Source: Octopus vulgaris
Lineage: Eukaryota
NCBI GenBank assembly: GCA_951406725.2
Contig: OX597814.1
Location: 25,668,001-25,732,000, forward strand
Direction of reading: 5' to 3'
Length of the DNA stretch: 64,000 nt
The translations under genes were made by a program, and so were the position numbers. Shown one piece after another: positions 1 to 12,108 of the stretch; within the stretch, counting starts at the first letter, position 1, and every line of letters begins with the position of its first letter. The notes below the pieces were generated by a model. It saw only the letters and a list, made by a program, of their open reading frames with translations. It did not search any database and was not told where the DNA came from.

Positions 1-183
1 TGTGATCACTGCTATCTCTTTTTGGGTTACTACTTCTCACTGTGACCCCAAAAAGAGAAGGCATACTGAATATCTAGCAAAGGAATCTTTACAATATTTA
101 AGATATAAAAGTATCCGAGAATCGTAATCAAGAATCGTTAACGGCTAAATAATTTGAAAAGAAACTTTTTTTCCCTACAAATA

Positions 184-535
184 AGCTCAGGTGTGACTGT
201 GCGGTAAGAAGCTTGCTTCCCAACCACACGGTTCTAGGTTCAATTCTACTGCGTGGTACATTGGGCAATTGTCTTTTATTATTGCCTCTGGCCGACCAAA
301 GCCTTGTGAGTGGATTTGGGAAATCAAAACTGAAAGAAGCTCGTCACATATGTGTGTGTGTATGTGTGTAACAATATACTGAAAACCGGTGTTGGTGTGT
401 TTACATCCCCGTAATTAACAGTTCGGTAAAAGAGACCGGTAGAACCTGGATTTTTAAAAAAATAAGTCTTCGGGTCGATTCATTCGACTAAAAATTCTTC
501 AAGGCGGTGCCAACAAGTAAAAGACAAAAGGTAAA
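184..535 (+). mobile_element. tRNA-derived SINE family A (Nin/Deu-like core, internal microsatellite)
   Basis: tRNA-like head, core GGCCGACCAAAGCCTTGTGAGTGGATTTGG, internal (TG)n and AAGTAAAAGA tail; matches the full copy at 38733-39135. Confidence 0.85.
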
Positions 536-542
536 AAAACAT

Positions 543-2127
543 ATGTACTGACTCTTGAACCATTACTGCGGAAGTTGGAGGCTTTTAGGGGTGTCCTGAA
601 TGATCTAGGATGTGGTAGAAGTGTGTCTGCTTACGTTGATGATGTCACCGTCATAGTGTCGAACCACAGGCATATAGACCTGATTGGTGAAACACTACAG
701 GAATATAAAGCGTTGACAGGAGCTAAAATTAATGCGGAAAAGTCAGTGGGATTGCAACTCGGCACCTGGAGACGTAAGTCCATGCCGTCCAATAGTGTGG
801 TTGGGTGCTGGACAGACGGTCCCGTTAAATTGCTCGGAGTTTGGTTTGGTTCGGACTCCCAGGTGGAGAAGAACTGGGACGGGGTGACGGGCAGGGTAGC
901 CAAACTCACCCAGAACTGGGCCGAGAGAAAACTGTCCCTGAAAGGTCGAGCGGAGGTGACGAATGCGTACATCGCATCCGTCATCTATTACCGCTTGACT
1001 GTCGTCTCTTGCCCTGTTTGCTGGTTGACCAAGCTGAAGTGCTTACTCTTCCGCTCTCTGTGGAAGGGGCGCTTTCCACTGGTCAGGCGCTCCATCTGCT
1101 GTCAACAACCACTGAATGGAGGGCTGGGTATGCCGTGGTTACTGATGCGGAGACATGCGCTGAGGTTGCGGCATCTCCAGCGTTTCCTTGACGGTGAGCA
1201 GGTGTGGTCACCGTTTGTAAGACACGCTTTTCCACAGCTCGTTTCTTTGACTGAGCTGCAATCGTGGATTAGACGTAGACCGAGGAGGAGCGCTTGGCAC
1301 CTCGAGTCCCGTCAAGCGCTCACAGCCCTCCGCCAGGTGGGCAATGCGGTTGGTGATAGTTCTACTCTAGCGTTCTATAGGGAGCTAGTGGAGAGGAAAG
1401 TGCGACGACGTTCTCGGGAAAACTCTGGGCGTCGACGAAGATCAACTAACTTTCGGGCCTGGGCCTATGGATAACTTCCAGAAATCCCCTGCTTGGCAGG
1501 GATATCCGCTGCCTGTTCGGGATAAACTTTACAGGTGCGTTCAGAACGATGAAACTGTTCTGCACGCCCTACTCCAGTGCTCGAGTATTGCTTACCTGTG
1601 GGCTTATGTCAAACACCTGCTGTTGCATGTTGGACGGATCCGAATATCAGCTGAATCCATTGTGAGGATTGCCCAGCCACCCTCTTTTGGCCGGAAGTGG
1701 AAGGCAAATTTATTTGTCTAGTGGCTGTAGCGAAAGAGGTTTGAAAGGGTTAAAGACAGACACATTCCTCTTTGGCCAAACCCTCATCAACTTTTTCAAG
1801 TTTCACTTCAAAAGGGAGTTGAGGGTGGAGAAAGGAAAGTGTTGCCTTGTAGCAAGTATGTTGAAATGTTGGTGAATGCTGGAAGAATGGCCATTGTGAA
1901 AGGATCAATTCTGAGCTTGCACCTGTAAACAAAAGAAGGGCATCCGTGGCTTTTGTGGGTTTTTCCCCGAGGTCCTTAAAGCGCCTCCCCTATTGGGAGT
2001 TTTAAATTGTTTAATTTTAATTATATTGTTTACGTGTTGTAAAACCCATTGTATCACCCTGTTTTTGTCTTTTATGTTGTATGTCTTTTAATGTAATTTT
2101 ATGTGAGCCCTTGTGGCCAATAAACGA

Positions 2128-2129
<2 letters not shown>
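543..2129 (+). mobile_element. 5'-truncated Tx1/L1-clade LINE (RT C-terminal part, degenerate zf-RVT region, 3' UTR)
   Basis: ORF 575-1474 has AYVDDV, GAKINAEKS, KLLGVWFG, LSLKGR and GGLGMP motifs; frameshifted C-terminus CVQNDETVLHALLQC; ends AATAAACGAA followed by (TTA)n. Confidence 0.9.

Positions 2130-2200
<71 letters not shown>
2130..2200. repeat. (TTA)n tail of the LINE
   Basis: Pure trinucleotide run directly after the LINE 3' end. Confidence 0.95.
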
Positions 2201-2204
<4 letters not shown>

Positions 2205-3150
2205 GCTGGCAACCTTTATCCATGATCTAATGTGATATGCTGTTAAATTGTCAGAAAAGGTGACAAAAGGTATCTGTTGTTGTTAAGCAATGAAAAGAAA
2301 TTCAGAATAGCTTGTAAATATTGAAGAAATAATATTCAAGTTTGCAGCATCTAATAGAACTGACTATATGAACAACTGGAAAGAGACTATAAATGATAAT
2401 CGAAACAATATCAAATCATGAAATTTTAAGAAAAAAAGAGAATTTAAGATGGAAGAGTTGGAGAGTTGGCAGCGAAAAAATGGTGTAAAGAAAAATGACC
2501 CATTCGAGTAACTGCTCAAAAACACAGCAGAAATTTGCTTCAAAGAAGCACAGCTATTTAAAAGGCTGCGATCAATATTAACGTAGTGGTAGAAGACAGA
2601 AAAAATAGTGTTACTTGAAGAACAATCAACTATACACCCAATATAACTTCAATATCAAATATCATAGAACACAATTCTGATGTACGTACTGATAGAGAAA
2701 CATGTTTTATAACTGATAATACACAAGCGCGGAGTTCAAATTCCGCCGGATTGAATTTGCCTTTTACCCTTTCCGGACAAAGAAATAAGAACCAGTTTAG
2801 GGGTGGGATTGATGTAATCGACTAGACCCCTCCCCCTCAAAAAAAATTTTCAGGTGTTATGCTTTAATAGAAAAAACGTAAATGTACGAGGGTACCACAA
2901 TACTCACCAAAACAATTAAAACTATGAATAAGTACCCATTTGTTAGGTGAGAGCTCTAAAGAATGGAAAGTATGAGAATAAATGGGATTTCAATAATAGT
3001 AAGAGCTCTTAGCTCAGATCACATAAAGCGTCTGTTCTATGTTAAACAACTATAAGTAAAAACAGTCATCAGTAGCAAACACAGAATTGTATTCTTTGAA
3101 GCAGTTAATATTGTAAGAAAATTATTTCCAGTCTGAAGTCATCAGATCTC
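2200..3150 (+). mobile_element. Possible very degraded Penelope-like (Naiad-type) thumb/GIY-YIG remnant, interrupted by a SINE
   Basis: Only scattered motif traces (KW, C-x-LC-like) in broken frames, loosely similar to 39140-39560. Confidence 0.25.
2728..2875 (+). mobile_element. SINE family B (Meta-like core), partial
   Basis: B-box GAGTTCAAATTCCGCC, core TTTGCCTTTTACCCTTTC, GATGTAATCGACT. Confidence 0.7.
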
Positions 3151-3350
3151 AAACAGAGAACAGTAATTAACACCCACGCTGTATATACTAACATGAACAA
3201 TGAAATAATCATAATTGTTTCTTAAACAAGGCCAAAGATTGTTAGGAAAGCGTCTAAAGGATTTAATCAGTACGAAAACTTATTTTATTGACTCCAAAAG
3301 AATCATTGTCAAAATCGCTTCCATCGAGTTTGAGCTCCGAACATAAATAC

Positions 3351-3564
3351 TGGTTTTAAATTTTGGTACAAGGCCAGCAATTTTGGTGGAGAGTGTAAGT
3401 CGTATACGTTGATCCCTGTGCTCAACTGGTACTTATTTTATCGACCCTGAAAGGATAATAGGCAAAGTCGACCTTGGCGGAATTTGAACTCAAAACGTAA
3501 AGACGGGTAAAATGTCGCGAAGCATTTTGCCCGTTATGCTAACGACTCTGCCAGCTCACCGCTT
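3351..3564 (-). mobile_element. SINE family B (Meta-like core), full length
   Basis: Reverse complement gives head GCGGTGAGCTGGCAGAGTCGTTAGC, B-box, core GTCGACTTTGCC..GGGTCGATAAAATAAGTACCAG and tail AAATTGCTGGCCTTGTACCAAAATTT. Confidence 0.85.
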
Positions 3565-3635
3565 TATACCAACATAAATATTAAAAGGTATTTTGTCTAA
3601 AATTGTCTTTTCTTCCGCTCAACATTTCAATAACA

Positions 3636-3770
3636 ATCGTTTCTACTATTGCACAAGACCTGAAATTTTATCAACATAGGTGCTCAATTAGTACTTAGAT
3701 TTTGGCGGAATTTAAAATCAGAACGCAGAGATGGACAAAATGTCGCTAAGTTTCTGACAGTTTACCGCCT
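3636..3770 (-). mobile_element. SINE family B, internally deleted
   Basis: Head and tail pieces of family B with the core missing. Confidence 0.6.
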
Positions 3771-3852
3771 TCCAAAGTTTCGCTAATAATAATAATGCAA
3801 TTTCCCATAAGTTTTGAGAATCTAAGGACCTACACGTGGAAAGTTTTTCGGG

Positions 3853-5000
3853 GTTGATGGAAGGTAGTAGCTATTTTAATAGAAGACCATCGGTTTCAAA
3901 TACATGCAAATCTACTCTCTCCACGCCTCTAATGTTTGTCCATGGAGAAAGCAACAGCCGATACAGCAGCGTCGTCGCAGGCGCTGTCGTCAAAAGACAA
4001 ATAGCGCAAGTCATTAACGATTCCAGCAATCCACCACCATGATAACAATAATAATTAGCTACTTACACAACCTCTCATTATATTCCTTGAAACCTCTTCT
4101 CTGTCCTCCAAAACCAATTTTTTGTTCTATTACCTGACCTAGTGTAATATTCTTCTGCAATGTTATCCACTGTCTATCCAATATGTACTTCAAAAACGAA
4201 TCTGATTCATAAGTTATTTCGTTTGCCTACTTAACAATTCTTTAGTTTCTTCAATCTTTCTAATTGCCTTTATAAACTTCCGTTTGTTAAAGTATAATTA
4301 ACGCTCACGACGCATTCTTCTAGCTTCAACAACTCTTCTCTACAGTCAAAGTGTTTCCTAATTTCTTTCACGCTGTTTGGTATAAATTGCTTACTGCTTA
4401 TCTTAGCTGTGGAAGGAATTCATTCGAAACTATAAAAAAAAGATCTTAATGCATTTCTTATTTCTCCTTCCATCGCGTATGTCATTATATTTTCATCGTA
4501 ACTATCTTGATGTTCAAATGAAATACTCATCAAAGTATCCTCCTACGATCAAAAATATTGGTTTTAAATTTGAGCACATGGTCAACAACGTCGGGGACTG
4601 GGTGTAAGTCAATTACATCAACCCCAGTACTCAACTGGTACTTATTTTATCGACCACGAAAAGATAAAAATTAAAGACATCGGCGGAATTTGAGCTCAGA
4701 ACATACAGACGGACGAAATGCTGCTAAGCATTTTGCCCGGCGTGCTTACGATTCTGTCATCTCACCGCCTGAGTGTGTTTCATATTTTTTGGGATAACTC
4801 TATGTAAGTTATATTTGCCTTATAATATTTCTCCTACTTTTCTTACTCAAATCATTTGTTTAATGGATTTCTACATTAGGGGTGAAATTTAAATTCATTA
4901 AGATTTCCTAGTTTTCTACATTAGTGGCGTGGAGAGAGTAGATTTGCATGTATTTGAAACCGATGGTCTTCTATTAAAATAGCTACAACCTTCCATCAAC
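3853..5000. repeat. 83-bp inverted repeat pair (3853-3935 / 4918-5000)
   Basis: Arms are reverse complements with 2 mismatches. Confidence 0.95.
4559..4770 (-). mobile_element. SINE family B, full length
   Basis: Same head, core and tail as 3351-3564. Confidence 0.85.
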
Positions 5001-5224
5001 GCCCGTTACATTTTTGGTCTAATATTCCTCCAGGTAAACTCCAGTATGTAATAGTTAAGCCTGTCCGTAAAATGTTCTAACTTAGATTGCTTTCATGAGA
5101 AATGCAGTGGAAACCAGATTTAAGTCAAATTCCTTTATTCGAATAATACTGTTGATAAGATATCAGTGTAAACGTGTCATGAACTTTTTCATTGCCCATT
5201 GCCCTCCCTATATTATATGTATGC

Positions 5225-5367
<143 letters not shown>

Positions 5368-5510
5368 AACTTAATTGGCATTTAAATAAGTGACAGCTGT
5401 TTCAGAACTTTATACAACATAGTCGGGAAAGATGACTTAATATATTACATAATATTCTGCAATTCCAATGTCAGTATATCTTTCAGTTAGTATAAATGAA
5501 GTACATATAT

Positions 5511-5885
5511 TATTTTCTATAGTCATTGCGCAGTGATCTTATTTACAGAATTGTAAAACTGCTTAACACATCCATCGCAGTGAAAGCTCATGAAAGTTTG
5601 TTTACAAAAACAACTACGAATTAATTATAGTTCTTAAATCTGACAGAAAGAAGCAGGTTAGTTCACTGGTGTAACGGTAGCACACTTGGTCGCGTGAACA
5701 AACAGGTGAGAAACAGGCCTGGGTTCGAGTCGCACGTGTACAGGAAAACCTGCATTTTTCTGTCGATGGGCTTAAAAGCTCCATTATTAGACTATTTTCT
5801 TTAGTCATTGCGCAGTGATCGCTTATAAGGTATAATTATTATTTACAGAATTGTAAAAATCGATGCTGCTTAACAAAACCATCGC

Positions 5886-5887
<2 letters not shown>
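5511..5887 (+). mobile_element. Interspersed repeat with internal tRNA-like A/B boxes and terminal direct repeat
   Basis: A-box TGGTGTAACGGTAGCAC and B-box GGGTTCGAGTC at 5661-5741; 5511-5580 repeats 5793-5887; homologous to 27493-27800 on the minus strand. Confidence 0.7.
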
Positions 5888-5918
<31 letters not shown>

Positions 5919-6397
5919 AAGTAGTGTTTCTTAAGAAACTGGAGATAATAAAAGGTTTAAGAAGGCATATTAAACAATAAGAATGCTGTCGAATCTTTGA
6001 AAATTACAGAGATTACTTAACCATACCAAAGTTATGCAATATACATCAATACTAATAAATGTTTTAATAAATTGAAAATAATCAGACTAGAACAAATTGC
6101 TTTAGAGTCTTTGAATTCCAAACATTTCAAAGACTCTCGAGGATCAAACAAACAGTAATATTGCATCGAAAGGAAGTGGTTCGGGACTTAACAAGAGTAC
6201 AATATATAGATTAAAAAATAGTGATTTCTTATATTTTTAAAATACTGATTATTATGAAATATAATGGTGGACAATTTTGTAATTTTGTATATTTATTTTT
6301 TCTGTATTTTTTTCTGGAATTTTAATGTCATTTTGATATGTCCTTTATATGTTTTATTATCCTAAATTTTTAATTTACCAAATAATTTACCAAATGA

Positions 6398-6478
6398 CAA
6401 GTACTGGGGTCGATGTGATCGACTTACCTGCTTCCCACAAATTCCAGGCCTTGAGCCTTTAGTAGAAAAGATTATTAC
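6398..6478 (+). mobile_element. SINE family B 3' fragment
   Basis: GTACTGGGGTCGATGTGATCGACTT plus tail AATTCCAGGCCTTGAGCCTTTAGTAGAAAAGATTATT. Confidence 0.7.
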
Positions 6479-6520
6479 CGAATAGCAACTTTTTTAACTG
6501 TATTTTTAAAAATCTTAGTC

Positions 6521-6544
6521 TATCAATACTGTATGAATCCTTAA

Positions 6545-6615
<71 letters not shown>

Positions 6616-6636
6616 ATACTGTATGAATCCTTAACC

Positions 6637-6700
<64 letters not shown>
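6521..6700. repeat. Exact 30-bp duplication (6521-6550 / 6611-6640), each copy followed by (TA)n
   Basis: TATCAATACTGTATGAATCCTTAACCTATA occurs twice. Confidence 0.95.
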
Positions 6701-6703
<3 letters not shown>

Positions 6704-6876
6704 TACTGGGAGAAGAAGAAGAAACGAAACGAAACGGAACGAATCGAATCGAATCGACGCGAAGGCGCTCAGTCATACAATAGTGTAATAAAAAAAATAT
6801 ATGCATACATACATACATATATGTACGTACCTACATCTACATGTATATATACATGCATACATAAATATATATACGT

Positions 6877-7110
6877 GAGTACAGGACACCACAAATAGAC
6901 GCAGAACTCAACGAGAACGAAAACGTAAAAACAAGCATGGAACGAATCTTTTTTTTTACAAACTAGACAAACTACACAAGGAAAAATCCCCTTCATCAGC
7001 TGTCCCTAGTTCAAATCCAGCGTGTTTCGAAGGTGAGGACAGAACACGACTCGTCGAACTAACCCTTCCTGTCGAACTAACCCTTCCTGTCGAACTAACC
7101 CTTCCTGCGA
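6877..7110 (-). mobile_element. Penelope-type terminal fragment (GAGTACAGGAC family) with a 3 x 18-bp tandem repeat
   Basis: Shares the GAGTACAGGAC end and CCCTTCATCAG with 11675 and 29400; flanked by (TA)n; GTCGAACTAACCCTTCCT x3 at 7053-7106. The Penelope assignment is inferred from hammerhead-like words. Confidence 0.55.
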
Positions 7111-7122
7111 AAAAATTAAAGG

Positions 7123-7170
<48 letters not shown>

Positions 7171-7502
7171 CGGCATACACATCTCATATATTTTACAACT
7201 AACATTTCCTTGAGCACTCTATCTTTTTGTTGAAGCTAACGGATACTATATGCATCACACACACATGCACGCACACGTACACACGTATATATATGTGTGT
7301 GTTTGTGTTTATGTGTGTATATATGTATACATATGTGTGTGTGTGTATATGAGTGTGTGTATGTGTATGCGTTAATATATCGCATGCATATCCCTGTGTG
7401 TGAGCGTATGTGCGTGTATTATGCATGTATACATCATCATATATTCACACAGACATATATTTATATATGTACGTAACTGTATATGCATATAATCTGTTTA
7501 TT

Positions 7503-7544
<42 letters not shown>

Positions 7545-9184
7545 TATGTGTGTGTGTACGAGCACGCATAAATACATGCACATATATGTTCCGATAGATG
7601 TAACTGTTTTTCAAGGAATATTATTATTGTTGATAAATATATACATAGACATATCGCTTAATTCCTTCTAGTTTGAGGTATATTTGAGGTATATATTAAA
7701 TAAATAATAATGTTTATCGCAAAGTTTTTCCTACTCTGTTTAATTATGTCTCCCGTATTTGACGGATGTTTACTTTCCATAGCTCTATAATTTAGTTACA
7801 CTGACACTTTTTCGCTCTAAAATGATACACTTTACACATTACTATTTGTTTACTGAGCTCATGCGTTGCATCTGTTTGTTTATATATGAGCTCAAATACA
7901 TGCACATATATATTCATACATCTAGTTAGACAGAAATTCTTAATCCGTCAAAGCAAAAAGTAGGACACTACAATTTAAGAATATTTGGTCGTGGTTTGAG
8001 GCGTCACTAACCAGTTCAATATACTCTGCAAATAGATCATGTTAATATGCGGGTGTGGGCGGCGAAAGGGAATGCTAAACGATTTGGATAGAACCCTTCT
8101 TAAGAAAGTAAGAGGTTACTGTCTTGGAGAGAAAAGAGTAACAGAAGACGGTGGAAAAGGAATGGGTGATTATGAAATAATGGGAACATAGCAAGATAAA
8201 AAAAGCGGCATGAATGTGTGTAAGAGGTCTGAAAGTAGACACAGCTGGAATGTAAAGTGAAGCTTTACAGAAAATAATTAAAAAAGAAGGGTAAGTGGGG
8301 CAAAGAATGTAAAGGTTCAGATAAGAAATAGTGAAAGACAGCAGTAGGTCAAGTATCAATTTTTACTGTTTTGTATTGCTGGAATGAAAATTACTTTAAG
8401 TATACACAAATACAAGAGGAACTCAAGAAACAGAAGTTTCGTAGTGAATGGAAACGACTGTAGCAGCTCTAAGCCTGTCCGTTAACAACATTCCAGCAGC
8501 GACTTCTGACCTCGCACTACTATTCATAATAACTTCTTTCTTCCCGAGTGAATGATGTGGCTACTGAGTGGTCACTCGAGATGCTAAAATAGCAGCTACA
8601 TCTCTCTCTCTCTCTCTCCCTCTCTCTCACTCTCTCTCTATCTCTTTCATCACACCTTACTCTCTTGAAACATGCAAGTACACATTGGACAGTGTAGTCC
8701 TTGAGATATAAACAGACAGACGGGTTATGGCAGCAAAAGGGTTTTAATAAAAGATTTGTTCAGTGGGGGCTAATCAGGCGGGGTTAAACAGCTACAACAA
8801 CTACACGTGAAAGGAACAATAACGATAATTTTTATATAATTTCCTTTACTTTTTCTTTCATTGGTTTTCAGTCATTAAACTGCACTTATGCTACAGTAAC
8901 GCGTTCAAGGATTTTAGTTAACTATAGCAACTTCAGTATATGGTCAAGTATTTATTTCGTTGTCTTCGTAGTATACAAAATTAAAAGTGAAAATTGATGC
9001 GAGAGATTGTAACTTAGTCAAACAGTAATAATACCTCAAGATATTTCTAATCGAATATACCGGTTTTTACCCAAACGCAAAAACGTACACACATATGTGC
9101 ATAAATACACACAAACAGACATGAATAAACTCACATACATGCGCACACATATATACACTCAGAGACACATATGAATATATATGA

Positions 9185-9340
9185 TGGGATCTTGCTTTGC
9201 TGAGATTCCTTCTTCTAAATTTTACTCCCAAGGATTTGGTCAACTTGCGTCTGTGGTAGAAGACGGTTGCCCAATGTGCTGTGCAATGCAATCGAACCTG
9301 GAATTCCATATGTGCGAAACTAACTTACATACTACACAGC
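9185..9340 (-). mobile_element. SINE family A, degraded 5' half
   Basis: AAATTTTACTCCCAAGGATTTGGTCAAC resembles the reverse complement of the core. Confidence 0.6.
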
Positions 9341-9399
9341 CTGATAGCTCTTTGCCGCTAACTCGCAGCTACCCCTCAAATTTCCTCGTTAAACGATCA

Positions 9400-9960
9400 C
9401 TAATCATCAGTGACAGATCAAAACCATCTATGTCGTTACAAATACTAGGACTCACTTTCATTGCAGGTATTTCCTGGCGATTTCACATTCATAACATAGC
9501 AAACACTTTACTCCAGCGACTAACATTCTTCTTTGTAGCTTGAAGATGCTTCAGCTCTGAACAACTCTGCTGACACGCTACAAAGATCAGATAAAACCCA
9601 TTCTGCTTTCACATCTGGAATGTGATGCGGCTATAAACAGAATTCGTACAGAAAAAAATAAAGCTGATTGGTAATGATTCAGTAACTAATATACACTGAT
9701 GTTCTATCAGTTACCTTTTCCTGCTGCCTTTTCTACCGCTATTATTTGCTTATTCTGAATCTCCCAACCAAGGCCCTGCATTAACCATTACACTAATTCC
9801 TCCTTCATCAGAATATCAACTCTCTAGAATTATTTTAGGGCTCGCATTTTTCCTATATGCATCTACTTGCTTCTGCTCAAACTGTACACCAACAGCATTA
9901 ACATTAGCAGTCAAATAGTATGGAAGATCTTCCTTTCTCCTAAATAAAACTATTTAATGA
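9400..9960 (+). mobile_element. Degraded CR1/L2-group LINE RT C-terminus
   Basis: SLQILGLTF..ISWRFHIHNIA..RCFSSEQL..YK.QIKP..HIW pattern with stops and frameshifts. Confidence 0.55.
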
Positions 9961-11391
9961 GTTCACAACCTGCTAATTATTTTTCAATGAGTAGAAACAA
10001 AGACAATGAGGTGTCTTCACTCATTAGGTCTATATGAAATTGATGGGGTTTTCCAGCTGATTGCTGCTTATAGTTGAATCAAATATATGTTATGGATAGA
10101 ATTGTTTAAATATTATAGTTTTATCTCATTGATAAAATCCTATTTTAAGTTCAATTAAAATCACCCTTAACAGATATTGTTAATACCATGATAAAATTTT
10201 ACCATAGCAATCGTCACCAACACTGAAAGTAAGCTATCTTACGAGAATTATATTTATCATCGATCACACAACAGAAATCGGCCATGATTGGACAAAAGTA
10301 TTTAGATTTATATATAGTGTTTTATATGAAGGATTAATATGAATAATATGAAAATACATATCGTTTTGTGAGAAGCACAGCAGCTTCAATAATACGTCAA
10401 GAAGATTCTTGAACACAATTCAAAACTAATTTTATAAAAGTTTCTATAGAAAACATGAATTAAAGCTATATAAATACATTGGATCTTTTAAAAATAGGCT
10501 CAGGTTACGTTGGAAACACATAGGAAGATATAAAATAAAAAATAAATAAATGCGTCGCATACAACCACATATAATAACAATCCCTTTCCCAGTGCAGCAA
10601 TACTGTCTATCAGGCACTCCCAAGACAGAATATCTGTAGGCCATATCAAAACAATATAGAATGAAATACTTTTAGCAGAAAGATCTGGAAATCGGCTAAG
10701 AAATCATTTTTATACAAAATGTTAAACGAGACTAAACCAAACTTACTCCGGAAACTGATGTTTCAACGTGGAAGACCGTAAAATGTAATAGCGAAAGACA
10801 ACGAAGGTAGAACAGATAAAAAGGGGGAAATAGAATGTCTCAAGCAAAAATAAATAAATAAAACTATTTACACAAAATAATCTATGATGAAGCTTGTGCG
10901 CACGCGTATGTGTGTGAGTGTGAGTATGTGCACTGATGTATCTTTTTTTAGGGTGAATTCGAGTGTTTACGTAAAACTACAGATGTTTTTTTTTCTTACA
11001 CAGAAGATGAAAAAATTCAAATGCACATCGCCAAGGTTAGCTTTTAGTAATTTCGTTGAATAAACGTTCTTCATTTGGTCTATGCACGAAGGTATGACAA
11101 AGAATTGATTAAATACCTCAAGGCGTTATTACATGGGTCTATAAAAGCTTTAGTTATATCCGCCAAAATAATTAAAAGTGTGAAGTAGAAATACAGAGAC
11201 TTGCATAGTTTAGAAGACCAAACAAATGACGTCATAATGCAATTGTTTCCTAATAGAACATTCCATTAAATTTTCTCGTAGCATTTGTTCTGAGAGGGGG
11301 TTGTTGGGATTTTTGTTATTATTATTATTATCAATATTTTTGCTTTGCAGCAGATCCTTTGTTGGTGTTTCAAAACAGACAGTCAGTCAGT

Positions 11392-11640
<249 letters not shown>

Positions 11641-11674
11641 AATAATATTGTAAATAATATATATATGCATATAT

Positions 11675-11965
11675 GAGTACAGGACATCACCAACTCTGTA
11701 AACAACATCAAGTACGAAAACAAACGAGTTAAATACGCAAACAACGAGAGAAAAAAAAATGGAAATCAGTACAAGTAACACAGAGAATTACCCTAACAAC
11801 CCTCCATGCTTGTTTTCGTTCGGTTTCCTTGTTCTTGTTCCCAAATTTGACCCTCCATAAATCCAAAATTTTATTTTAGAATTTATGGAAGCAGCTGCCT
11901 TTAAAGACTCATATTGTCGTTGAATTCTCGAAATGAAGAGTAGATAGACAGCCGACAATTGATGA
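11675..11965. mobile_element. Penelope-type terminal fragment with internal inversion
   Basis: 11675-11794 is collinear with about 29411-29524; the continuation (TCATCA.TTGTCGGCTGTC.ATCTACTC) appears inverted, ending at 11965. Confidence 0.65.
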
Positions 11966-12108
11966 TTGTCGGTGGGCCAGATCCAGAAATGTGCACTTCG
12001 GTTGATGGTACCACATTGTTCCTGGGTCTATGGGGATGACATTTTCACTTGTTATCATTCGCACAACCTGTCAGGTAATTAGGACAACAGCTTTTTATAA
12101 GTAAAGGT

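Noticed and set aside
575-1474. Functional or domesticated reverse transcriptase gene
   Set aside because: Starts mid-RT just upstream of the YVDD motif, frameshifts near 1400 and ends in a LINE tail
3115-3150. Hammerhead words CUGAUGA..GAAA (minus strand) here and at 54125-54175
   Set aside because: Stems do not pair convincingly; could be chance
5661-5741. Functional tRNA gene
   Set aside because: T-stem and acceptor mismatches and no clean anticodon arm; part of an interspersed repeat
7053-7106. Short direct repeats as a CRISPR-like array (also 62881-63066)
   Set aside because: No unique spacers, no cas genes and a eukaryotic context
8075-8359. Membrane-protein-like ORF
   Set aside because: Antisense of purine-rich decayed sequence; at most a faint RT-like SLY.IP trace
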